A stretch of 64,000 bases of DNA from an uncultured virus (IMG/VR IMGVR_UViG_3300025389_000012) (taxonomy: Duplodnaviria > Heunggongvirae > Uroviricota > Caudoviricetes): IMG/VR virus record IMGVR_UViG_3300025389_000012. One strand, 5' to 3'. The notes beneath the pieces are model-generated. The model searched no databases, had not been told where the DNA came from, and saw nothing but the letters and a program-made list of their open reading frames with translations. Position numbers and translations under genes: made by a program. Shown here in pieces: positions 45,970 through 56,800 of this stretch. Position 1 is the first letter of the stretch. The number at the start of each line of letters is the position of its first letter.

Positions 45970-46716
45970 TTATACCTTAATGTTATCACAAAAGTCTTTC
46001 ATATGATAGTGAAAAGGATACATTTGGGGAATTGTGTTTACCCTCAACGAATCTTTGGATACTTCATATAATAAAACATCTCTCCAATCTTGTGTAGGAG
46101 TTCCATTAATAAATTGTTTCATGTGAATCATGCTCATATCAGTAAACTGGGGTAATGTTGTTTTCTCTGCGCCAATGATATGACTAGCAATCGCATATGC
46201 CCAATCTGTTGTAGCCAATTCATCTTTGTTACATTGTAGTGAGTTGCGATAGAAAGGCCAGTTCTCAAAAACATCACGAACAATTTCATAAAATTGCTGT
46301 GCTGTGTCAGATTTCTTAAAGTAAGTAATGCTATTGTATGTGTCAGGTAGTTTATTATCATAGATAAATCTACGATATGCCTTGATATCACTAATTTCTT
46401 GTTTAAAGTTTCTAATTGTAGTACTAACAACCATATCTCTATGTTGCAATACGTCCCACCAATAATCAATTGATCGCGGTAAATACATATCTGCTTCTAG
46501 TTTGATTGTATATTCATATGGACTGGCTTCATATACTTGCCAATCGTTTTGTAGTTTCCAATTAGTATCAGGTGCTTGATCACCATAGGGTAGCATATCA
46601 GTTGTAATGATAGTTACTTTGGCTTTAGGCATAGTACGCTTAATGTTTTTCTTTAATACTTCGGCACACTTAACATAATCGTCACCTTGTGCCATGATAA
46701 CAAATCCTTTATTCAT
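45970..46716 (-). CDS. GT8-like glycosyltransferase
   Basis: SPYEYTIKLEADM (ExD), YFKKS, FHYH. Confidence 0.65.
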   Translation of the reverse strand: MNKGFVIMAQGDDYVKCAEVLKKNIKRTMPKAKVTIITTDMLPYGDQAPDTNWKLQNDWQVYEASPYEYTIKLEADMYLPRSIDYWWDVLQHRDMVVSTTIRNFKQEISDIKAYRRFIYDNKLPDTYNSITYFKKSDTAQQFYEIVRDVFENWPFYRNSLQCNKDELATTDWAYAIASHIIGAEKTTLPQFTDMSMIHMKQFINGTPTQDWRDVLLYEVSKDSLRVNTIPQMYPFHYHMKDFCDNIKV

Positions 46717-47515
46717 TAATCATCTCCACAAAGTTATCTTTATTCATTACATGAAAGTCCATGTCTTTAATTGTAATATATTCTTTACGAATCTTGCCAC
46801 GTTGCCAATTGTCAAACATTACTGTGTATTCAGTATTAAACTCATCATTACTATTTGCATACACACTAGTGTTTTTACCTACGTGTACTAAGTCCCAGGG
46901 TATTATATCTCTAGGATTAGTACTATGACCATTAACAATGCGAAGAGCCAAAGTAAGTGCATAGTCGTTACGATATACTCCACCAATGAAACTATGAATA
47001 TTAGCGTAGTGATCATAATTATTTTGTACCATTTCTAAACAGTTAAAAATTTGCTCTGCCCGTTTACTTTTCTTAAAGGTTACGGCAGTTGCCCAAAGTG
47101 TTTCATAACTATAAACACTTAATACTTCTTGGGGTACGCCAGGATGCATTAAAAAGTTTGTTTTATTGTGACAGCAAAAGTCATCGTAAAACTCAAAGGT
47201 TTTCAATAACTTATCTGAGTTTACAACATAGTCAGCATCTAATAATAATGTTTCTTCATATGGGCTGAATTCATATGCTTGATATCTACCCTTGTTAATC
47301 CAAACACCATAGTCTCTGATATTATTTTTATCTGGAGTGGTTGTTACAATACTATCCCAAACATAGTCTTCTGTTTTCGGCAATGATTGTTCGTCAGTTA
47401 CAATTGTAACTGGCAAGTCTAAGAAATGATTAATGCGTTTGGCTGTGTACTTAGCCATTGCATAATAATCATATTTAGGTGAGTTAAAAGCAAATAATAT
47501 TGCCCCTCTACTCAT
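46709..47515 (-). CDS. GT8-like glycosyltransferase
   Basis: SPYEETLLLDADY (DxD), WAT...FKKS, RNDYA, FHVMNK; paralog of its neighbour. Confidence 0.7.
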   Translation of the reverse strand: MSRGAILFAFNSPKYDYYAMAKYTAKRINHFLDLPVTIVTDEQSLPKTEDYVWDSIVTTTPDKNNIRDYGVWINKGRYQAYEFSPYEETLLLDADYVVNSDKLLKTFEFYDDFCCHNKTNFLMHPGVPQEVLSVYSYETLWATAVTFKKSKRAEQIFNCLEMVQNNYDHYANIHSFIGGVYRNDYALTLALRIVNGHSTNPRDIIPWDLVHVGKNTSVYANSNDEFNTEYTVMFDNWQRGKIRKEYITIKDMDFHVMNKDNFVEMINE

Positions 47516-47817
47516 CGTTTAGCCTCTAGTTCTTTCCATTCTTTTAGCCATTGATCCATGACTTCTGAATAGACTTCTTTTAGTTTAGTTAATAATACGT
47601 TACGGTCAACTTCTACTGGATTGTCAAAAGTATCAATAAGTACTGCTCGTTTTGAATTGATTGAGGTTAATAAGGTAATGGTTTCACCGTCGGCTTTCCA
47701 TAAGCCGCCTTGTTCTGCGACAAGTAGTTTGTTACGGTATTTTTCTGCTAGATATGCTTTGGCAGAATTGTGACTGAAACGGGCTTTGGCGTCTGCAATT
47801 AATTGTTTTGTATCCAT
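47512..47817 (-). CDS. hypothetical protein
   Basis: 101 aa, AGGAG SD, TAAATA at 47834-47839. Confidence 0.75.
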   Translation of the reverse strand: MDTKQLIADAKARFSHNSAKAYLAEKYRNKLLVAEQGGLWKADGETITLLTSINSKRAVLIDTFDNPVEVDRNVLLTKLKEVYSEVMDQWLKEWKELEAKR

Positions 47818-47867
47818 CGTACACTCCTATGAGTATTTAGATGGATACAACGTCTACCCTAAAAATG

Positions 47868-48821
47868 TTATGAACCTGTTACTGAACCGGTTAATGTAAT
47901 AGTACCCCAAGTATTGGCAATATTAGTTGTTTCTGGTGGTACAACTGTAAGAGTTACAGCAGAACCAGAACTTGCAACCAATCCAGTTGGGATTTCAGTC
48001 CATGTTGAATAAATGGTAATTACGTTACCTGCGTCAGCGTTTGAACCAACAGTACCGTTTGACTTAGCAATAAACTTGATGTTTGTTGCCAAATATCCAG
48101 AAGGACCTGTTGACGCTGTTTGTGTGAATACTGTGACGTTTGATGTGGTCATCGCATAGTATCCACTGTTTGTGCTGATTGTTGGAGAGTTACCACCGCC
48201 ACCGATCTTAGTAATACCATTAAATGAAGTACTTGCAATAGATACAGAACCTGAACTTGGTGCGCTCATAACAACTGTACCAACGTTACTTGCTAAGTTG
48301 TTCAACAGTAAATTAATACCTGTACCTGTTGGGTGTGAACAAGTTAGTTTTAATTGACCACCTGCGTTAAAGAAATAACGTGCGGCGTCACCGTTCGCAA
48401 ATGATGCACTAAATGTAAATGTTAATGCACTACTCCATGTGCTACCAAAAGTTGCTGTGTTTGAAGAAGTTGAGCCTTGACTTGCGGCATTCAATTTATT
48501 TGTGTAAATTGTTGATAGGTTAGTTGGGATAGCACTAAGATATGTAATTGTACCACCTGCTGTAGGCGCTGTTACTGCTGTAATTGATGAGCCTTGGTGA
48601 GTTGCGGCGCTTGCTGTGTTAGCAACCAATGCGTTCCATTGTCCAGTAGCGACAACTGTGTTACCAGTAGCAACGTTTGCTACTGATGTTTGTCCATATC
48701 CTGCACTACCACCACCTGTTGCCCAAACTGCGTTTAGTGTATTAGATGTAGTGGTTGGATTACCACCTACGAACGTGTTAAAGTCAGTTGCCTGTACTAA
48801 TCCATATTGTGCGTAACTCAT
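47868..48821 (-). CDS. putative virion structural (tail-associated) protein
   Basis: Thr/Ser/Gly/Ala-rich, ARYFFNAGG motif, follows the tail fibre gene. Confidence 0.6.
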   Translation of the reverse strand: MSYAQYGLVQATDFNTFVGGNPTTTSNTLNAVWATGGGSAGYGQTSVANVATGNTVVATGQWNALVANTASAATHQGSSITAVTAPTAGGTITYLSAIPTNLSTIYTNKLNAASQGSTSSNTATFGSTWSSALTFTFSASFANGDAARYFFNAGGQLKLTCSHPTGTGINLLLNNLASNVGTVVMSAPSSGSVSIASTSFNGITKIGGGGNSPTISTNSGYYAMTTSNVTVFTQTASTGPSGYLATNIKFIAKSNGTVGSNADAGNVITIYSTWTEIPTGLVASSGSAVTLTVVPPETTNIANTWGTITLTGSVTGS

Positions 48822-48830
48822 TTCTTATCC

Positions 48831-50060
48831 TTATTTCGTAATCGAAACAATGGCTTCAACTGTGCCTAAACCATCGTCTGTTTTGTTTGCTAATGCGCGG
48901 CCAATGACATTAAATGCTGTTGCTTCATTTGGTTGAGCCGCACGTGCTATACCGTTACCAGCACTAACTAAACGTTGTCCTTTTGTAACTTTACCTGTTA
49001 CTTTAACTTCAACACGACCCGAAACTGCTACTGGTGGGTGAGTAGCATCACTACCTGCCCCTGCGTTCATCAAATAAGCCGCTGTGTTACTGATAACACC
49101 AAATACGTCTTCACTTAATTCGTATTCTACGGCAGTAATTTCTGCTTCACCGCCCAATTGTACAACTGTACCCGGGTCGTAAACATCGTCTGCCTCAAAG
49201 CGTTCTGCCAAGTCAGCGTATGTTGCTTGTAATCTTGATCCTGTTGTCAATGTCCAGTTACCTGTGATAGTTCCTGCTGTTGTGTTTGCACCTGTTGTGA
49301 ACACATTACATTGTACTTGTGTAAATAAACCGTTACCAGCGTATGTTGGCATATATGCAGCCACGTTGCTGTTACTATATGTACCTGCAAAACTTACTGG
49401 GGTACCATTAGCATACATGTACTTGTCAGTAGCAATACCATATAGATTGGCGCCGGCTGAGTTACTAATAGCAATACCACCTTGAATAAAGTTAAATGCT
49501 ACAGCGTTGTTTCCACCTGCTGAACCAGTAACAGTCCAAACACCAGTTAAGTTTCCGCCGGTTGTGGCGCTACCTGTTGTGATATTTGATGTAGTTAATG
49601 TTCCAATGCTTGCTTGAGTGATGTTAGCATTAGCGATATTTGCGTTTGCTGATACGGTTAAGAATGCTGTTGTAGTAGCATTTGCTGATAGATTGCTTAC
49701 TGCTGATAGATTTCCGGCTGCTAAGTTTCCTGTAACAGTAACAGCACCAAATGTTGTTGCGCCACCTGAACTAGTTGCCGTTAATGATAACCAGGCTGCG
49801 GCATTTGACTGTCCATCTGTTGGACAGATATACATTGTTTGGTTATTTGTATTATACCAAAGTTGACCTGTCAATGGATTTGCTGGAGGAGTTGCATTTG
49901 CAAAATTCTCAGTAAGCCAAACAAAGTTTTCGTCCATTGGTTGACCGTAACCAGGATAATTTCTACCTGGTAACCCTAGAGAGGTACTAGTTGTATTAAT
50001 AGTACCGTCAGCAATGGTTGTTAGTACTGTACCATTACTTTTAACAATTGTATATGCCAT
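48831..50060 (-). CDS. tail fibre-like protein with C-terminal chaperone/autocleavage-like domain
   Basis: N-terminal ENF...P..P..GQLWY anchor, beta-rich shaft, YADLAERF..D..Y.PGTVV...GRV.VKV. Confidence 0.7.
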   Translation of the reverse strand: MAYTIVKSNGTVLTTIADGTINTTSTSLGLPGRNYPGYGQPMDENFVWLTENFANATPPANPLTGQLWYNTNNQTMYICPTDGQSNAAAWLSLTATSSGGATTFGAVTVTGNLAAGNLSAVSNLSANATTTAFLTVSANANIANANITQASIGTLTTSNITTGSATTGGNLTGVWTVTGSAGGNNAVAFNFIQGGIAISNSAGANLYGIATDKYMYANGTPVSFAGTYSNSNVAAYMPTYAGNGLFTQVQCNVFTTGANTTAGTITGNWTLTTGSRLQATYADLAERFEADDVYDPGTVVQLGGEAEITAVEYELSEDVFGVISNTAAYLMNAGAGSDATHPPVAVSGRVEVKVTGKVTKGQRLVSAGNGIARAAQPNEATAFNVIGRALANKTDDGLGTVEAIVSITK

Positions 50061-50089
50061 AATCTATCACTCCGTTATCTTTATTTATC

Positions 50090-50710
50090 TTATATTGTTA
50101 CCAAGTTGGTTAACGCTTGTATTCTAACCGTATAATCAATTTGAATTTGTCTGTTCAATGACTTTTGAACAGGGTGAAAAATCACGTGTGTCAATAGTCT
50201 TGTAATTGTATTACCGTTAGCATCTGTTCCGTAGTTGGCCAATAAGCCTAATTCATCAAAAATGTAACTAGAATCCGTCTGCGTACTGTTATCGAACGCG
50301 GCCTGACCTGCAGGCTCACCGTAATCTAGTAGACATTGAACCAAAATGTCAGTATAAACGTTACCAGAAGTATGGTAAACTGTCATATTATTGCGTGTAG
50401 GATCCAAATTAAGTACGTTAGTATCATCTACGATCTTAGCATATGTTTGATTATACAATGCCGCATTCTGTCCAGTTACGTTTGGTGGCAAATACGTAAT
50501 AACTCCAGTATCTGATACTGAAGCCGCACCGTTACCAAACGCCATTTGGAAGATTTCTCCATACCCACGATCACTTAGTGTATCAGCAATGGCTTCTGAC
50601 ATGTTTTCATAATTGATTGCATTCTTTTTATCTACGAAAATTTCACCTGAATTGGGGTCGTAGATTTTCAAGAATCCCTCAACTTTCAAGGATAAATTAA
50701 TAACCGACAT
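50090..50710 (-). CDS. putative virion structural protein
   Basis: KKNAI, LDYGEP, FDELGL, FHPVQKSLNR; located in the structural block. Confidence 0.6.
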   Translation of the reverse strand: MSVINLSLKVEGFLKIYDPNSGEIFVDKKNAINYENMSEAIADTLSDRGYGEIFQMAFGNGAASVSDTGVITYLPPNVTGQNAALYNQTYAKIVDDTNVLNLDPTRNNMTVYHTSGNVYTDILVQCLLDYGEPAGQAAFDNSTQTDSSYIFDELGLLANYGTDANGNTITRLLTHVIFHPVQKSLNRQIQIDYTVRIQALTNLVTI

Positions 50711-50865
50711 TAAGCATCCCCTCTTTTCTGTACCAAAACTTGTTTACTATTTGGATCAAAAATCTTTACACTAGAGGAAAAGTAGAACCCACCATGCTCG
50801 TTAGGTTTGGTAGGAGGTTGTTTTTTACCCTGATTTCCTTGACTTTTTGATTTAATATTGTTCAT
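50710..50865 (-). CDS. 51-aa protein, absent from ORF track
   Basis: MNNIKSKSQGNQGKKQPPTKPNEHGGFYFSSSVKIFDPNSKQVLVQKRGDA*; TAATG overlap with next gene; TAAATA 5 nt upstream. Confidence 0.7.
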   Translation of the reverse strand: MNNIKSKSQGNQGKKQPPTKPNEHGGFYFSSSVKIFDPNSKQVLVQKRGDA

Positions 50866-50880
50866 TTCTTTATTTATCAT

Positions 50881-53800
50881 TTAGGTAACATCCGTATTTA
50901 AGAATTCTGCAGGAACTGTGTTACTAATTTGCAGTGGATCGCCCAAAGTTTGATTGTAAACGTATGAATTCCAAGTCTGATTATAGTAATTATTAGACAA
51001 CATGCCAGTTGGTAATAATCCGTATACTTCAGTATAAGTTGGAATAAACGGCTGTCTTGCAGTTCCATTTGCCCCGCGTTGTAGACCTGAAATTGAATTT
51101 GCAACAAAATCAACAGTAGTAAACTTGATTTGTTCTCCGTTAACTAAGATTACATTACCTTCTAAAATAGTAATAACTAATGAATTTCCTGCTGAAACTG
51201 CTGTTCCATTGATTTTAATCTGAGGAGCAGTATCTACAATAACAAGTTCATACTCACTAGAATTAATCAAACTATTTGTAGTTGTGTCAAATACTGTGAT
51301 ACTAGAAATACTATTCTTGTTAGCGTTCAATCCAACATAATAGTATCCGTCAACTTCAGCAGGTACAGTTGCATTTTCAGTAATTGTAGTTGTGATTCTA
51401 GTCACATCGTTAACATAAATCGTTGTGCTTAAATCATAGATTGGTTGAGTTAACCAAGTTCTAGTTTGTGTGTTGGCTCTGTATACAACTGCCTCACCCA
51501 CTGTGTTTACTAGATTCAAGTATGTCAATTCATTAGGTGTTGCTTGTGGAATCATGTTAGTAATGATAACTTCATCACCCGGAACAATCTCTGTTAGAAT
51601 ACCTACTTCATTGTATTGGTTTACACTTAAGTTACTTGAAGGTACACGTAAGCCGTTTACAGTTACCCATAGACGATCTACATTGCTTTGTACCCATTGT
51701 ACCACATTCATACTACCACTGTCGTTGGTCAACGTTACAGTACTTCCATATAGTGAACTTGTTACATTGAATTCAGTTCCGTTAAAGATACTTCCAACAT
51801 AATAAGTTGTTCCCTGTACTAGTCCACCCATGATTACATCACCGGGCACTGATCCAATTTCATTGAATAATATCGGAGTACCTTGTACCAAATTACTTGT
51901 GTCTGCTACAGTAATAATGTTATTAGTTGAAGTTGTTGCTGTTGCTGTTGTAGTTGACAGTACAAACACGCCTGATCTCCAAGCATATCCGCCACCTGTC
52001 CAAGAAGCCGCTGTAGTTACTGGGTAGTTAACAGCATTAATTGATGGATCATATGGTTGTGTGTATAAGTCAAAGGTTGTATTAGTAATTATTCTTGCAT
52101 AATAAGTGTTACCGTTGAGTTGTACTGAACCCTGTGTACCATTGATGTTGACCAATTGATTTTCATTAAAATAATTATCAATACTTGTAGTTACACGAAT
52201 TGCAGGTTGTCCATCAATTGTGACTTGCATGTCGCCACTTCCGTTTGACAACGAAATTTGATTACCATATTGATCCATAATTGTGAAATTAGTATCATCA
52301 ATTACGGTATCAACAAAGTATACTGTTCCGTCAGTTACAATACCACCAAAGCCTGTGCCTTGGAATATTGCAGTTCTACCAACAACAAATCCATTTGTGC
52401 TTGTTACTGTAATTGCGTTAGTACCTGATGTTGTAGCACTAGCAAATGTAACTGCAAGAGGTGCTGTTAATTGGTTTGAAATGTTACTAATTGGGGCTAC
52501 TGTTAATCCATTTGCTGTAGCCAACATTGAGCCTGTGGCGTTTGTTAACGTTAAAGGTTCTCCTCCTACTAATTCAGAAATTACAAATTGTGTACTGTTA
52601 ATAATCTGTGTAACATAATATGTTTTTCCAGCAACAATTCCACCAATAACATCACTGAACACCAAACTGTTATTGACTTGTAATGATGCTGTTGTTCCTG
52701 ATGACAATGTTAAGTAGTTATAATTTTCTGCATACAAGCCAACTGCTAATGCAACACCAGTACCTGATCCTACACCAGTTGCAGTAAAGACAATACCAAC
52801 GTTATTAGAACTTGCACCAATTGCTACCCAATTGGTTGTACCTACTGTAGTGATCTCATATTGTGTTCCAACAACAAATGATCCAGCGTTTACAGAACCA
52901 TTACTATCAAAGCCCGCTGTGCCACCTTGATCGTATGTTACAACAGTGTGAGTTGTTGAACCAACAGTTAGATCAATAAATTGTGAGCCAGGGGTACCTG
53001 TGATACCATACTGAGTAGTTAGGTATTGCTGTTGTGTGTCATTAAACGTTGTTACAGTTATCTTAGAACCTGCTGATAGGTTAGATACAAAGTTAATTGT
53101 TTTAGCAAATTCACTAATAGTGTACTGAGAAATAGTTTGTCTTACACCATCAATTTCAACAATTGCGTTGTATGCATTTGTTCCACCTAAGTAGTTATTT
53201 AGGTTATAAGATGATGTTTGACCTGTTGCAATGAATTCTTGTACAGTTGGTAATGAATAACCAATCTGCACTGGTTCAGTTTGACCAAATACAGAATATA
53301 CAATATAATCATTTGTTGTGTTATATGTGTTGCTACTAAAGATCATTTTTGCTTGGATGCCATTTGGTTGAATTCCAAACGCATAATCATTAGTTACAAA
53401 ACTTGCACCACCGTTAGCGTTAGTTAATGCTAGTGTCGGTCCGCCTAAAGTTGCACTGATTGTAATGTCATATATATCAATAATACTACTAATATAGTAT
53501 GTTGTCAATGGTTGAATGACACCACCAAAAATTGTGCTACTGAACATAATAGGAGTGCCAACAATCAAACCACTTGTTGAGTTTGTTGTGATTGCATTAG
53601 TTCCTGCTGTTGTAGCAATAACATTGTTTGTTACGCCCATTACCAATTGTGTACCGTTTAAGTAAACAATTGGTGCTGTCCATACAAGACCGTTACCTAC
53701 TTCAATCGCAACGTCCATACTACCTGTAGCAGTAGTCAATGCAAGGGTTGGGCCTGCTTGACCAGTTACACTATTGTATGTTGCTGAAATTGTAATTTGA

Positions 53801-56800
53801 TTTGTTGCAGTACTAATTGATTTTACATAGTATTGTGTACCAGCAACAATACCACCGAACACATTACCTAAGAATGTAATAGGTGTGTTCAATATGAAAT
53901 TACTAATACTTGCACATGTAATATAGTTAGTTTCTGCAAAAGTTTCAGTTGCTAATGTGTTGATAGGGTATGTACCTTGTTGAATCACACCGCTACCACT
54001 GTAAATGTTTTGGCTGTAATTACAATCTAAGTAAATCTCATCAAATCCTGTTACTGTGTTGTTTCTAATAGGGTTAGTATCAGTATTAGATTTAACCAAT
54101 TGACTACCGTTACCAACTTCATATACATCAATTCTTAATTTTTGTGTGTTTGGTAAGTATGACAACGGAGTGTTAAGAGTAATTGACTTATTAATCCAAT
54201 CAACTGTGTATGCACTTGCATCTAATGTTGTACCCAACATTGTAGTTGAATCAAGTACTTGCACACGAACTTGTGCAGGATAATGCGATGCACTTGCAAA
54301 ACTGTATACAGTTTGGCTTGCTGATGTTGGTGTCAATTCTAATGATACAGAATTATAACCTGCATTTGAATATTCAACTACTGGCCACAATGTACCAGGA
54401 CGTGTAATAACTGTCATAGCCATACTGTCTGTTACAACACCTGGAACTAATTCTTCTGGACCATAACCATATGGGAATTCTGCACCCTGTACATCGTATA
54501 CAGTAGGAGCAACATTGAATACAGAAATATCTGACCAAGACACACCGTTGTTTGTAGATTCTAAAATAGTATTATTATCACCAACAACTGTAAATGTGCT
54601 TGTTGTATTATTATAAGTTACTGAGTGTAAGTTTTGTACAGTACCTGATGATTGTGTAGTCCAACTAAATCCATTTGTAGATGTCTTAATAGTACCAGTA
54701 TCACCAACTGTAATCCAAATACCATTTGCATAAATGATATCACGCAACGTTGCTGGATTTGGGTTAGCAGAATTATACGCAAACATCATTGTTTGGTCTG
54801 CACTTGGGTTTACATTTGTCAATACAATTGCTGAACCACTTGGTGTTAATGAAACTTTAATTGCTCCGCCGGTAATACTTACAATATAGTATGTTGTATT
54901 TGTGCTTAGACCACCAAACGCTTGACTGAATCGCACAGGTTGATTTAATACAAATCCAGCACTATTAGTTACGTTAATAACGTTAGTTGCGGCATTGATA
55001 GAAATCACTTGAACTTGATTTAGACCTAACCAACTTGCACCGTTAGTGCTGTAATAGATTACACCACCTGAACCAACTGCAAGAATTAATGAGTTGTTGC
55101 CTGCAATTCCATAGAATCCATTTGGTGTTAATGAGTTAACTTGTGTCCAATTTAATCCATTGTTTGTACTATAGAATATTACATTAGTGCTTACTTGCTC
55201 AGTAACACCTGACGTTACGTCAGGACGTAGACCACTACCCACTGCAATTAATCCAGTAAATGATGGCAATGTAACGTTTGCAATTGCATAGAACTCATAA
55301 CTTGTTAATGTGTTAGGGAAGATTGGAACTTCTACCCAGTTATATGTGTCTGCACTTCTAACAATGTTGTCACCAACTGCAATATAATATCCATTTGAAT
55401 ATGTTACTGCTTGCAATGCAAGTTGGGCTACGTTGATTGATGTTGAATCATACTCTGTAGTATCGTATGGTTGATCGCTATATGGGGTATAGTAACCATT
55501 TGTTGTCCAATTGATACCGTCATTGCTTCTATAGATAGGTGTTGCACTATTTGTAGTTGTGATTACATAGAAACCACCTGCATAAAGAATATCTGTAATG
55601 TCAACATTAATATTTGCCAGTGTATCAATACTCCAGTTAATACCATCTGGGCTAATCAATACTGCCGAATATGTTGGTAAGTTACTTGTTGCTAAGTATG
55701 TTGCGCCATTCCAAATTACGCTAGTAATATCTACTTCTGTTGGATAGAATGGTTGATCTTGTAGAATTGTATCTACAGGATATTGATTTGCGGGAGCAAA
55801 TTGATTACCATAATATGTCGAGTTAGGATAAGTTACACCCTCAAACAACTGTGTCAAGTCTACACCTGGCATGTTTGCAGTTGGTTGATAGTAACCAATT
55901 ACCCTGTCCATAGCGTTTAATAAATTACTATCACTGTCTAACAACTGCCACTTACCAAAGATAAATTCACTATCATTGTTAGAAATAATACATTGATATA
56001 TTCTGTTGTTATACTTCACAATACTTTGATTGAAGTAGAACGGTTGAGGTAATACTGCAAAACTTCCTGCTTTTGCCATTGTGAAGTTTACGGCGATTGT
56101 AGTTACCATAGTAACTACAGTAGAACCATCACCTGGTGCAGTAGAAATTGTAAATGTTGTTGGGCTTAGAATTTGATAAATGTAATATGTTTGGTTAGGA
56201 ACAATATTAGTTTGTGCAATACTTGTATTGCCAGTAAACACAACCGCATCGTATTGAGAGAATTGTGTAGTATCTGCAATTGTCAATGCATTGGTTGATG
56301 AGTTAACACCTGTAACTGTTTCAACTGTGAATCCAACATAAGGTATGTCTAGTCCACTTACAGGAACAGTCAACAATGGATTACTGTAAACTGCCAATTG
56401 ATTTGGAGATACGACTTTTAGATAGTAACTTGATGAACTTGCCGGTACAGTTCCTGATGCAATTACGCCAGTGATTTGTCCGTCAGTTCCAATTGTGTTT
56501 ACTGTCAATGTCACATTATTAGTAGGTGTTGTACCACCAACGTATGATCCATAAATTGTGATTACGTTGTTAACTGCAAATCCAGATGCCGCAGAATTAA
56601 TGATTGCAATATATCCACCAACCGCATAAGAAATATCAAATGTTGGATTAGCAGTTGGATATTGAACAAAACTTGATCTTGCTGTACTTGATGTTAATGA
56701 TACTGCGCTACCGCCCAATGTTGCAGAAACAACCATGTACGGGTCGCCAGTACCAACCATTTCACCGTTTGATGTGAACAACACTAATGTTGAACCACCT

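Larger units (their letters stand above)
3471..50876 (-). promoter_or_regulatory. dispersed TAAATA (T4 late-promoter-like) motifs upstream of genes
   Basis: Copies starting (plus coordinates) at 3471, 11364, 11849, 12356, 12698, 12887, 23412, 24905, 28089, 29996, 38285, 47834, 50082 and 50871; full TATAAATA at 24905-24912 and 29996-30003. Confidence 0.75.
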
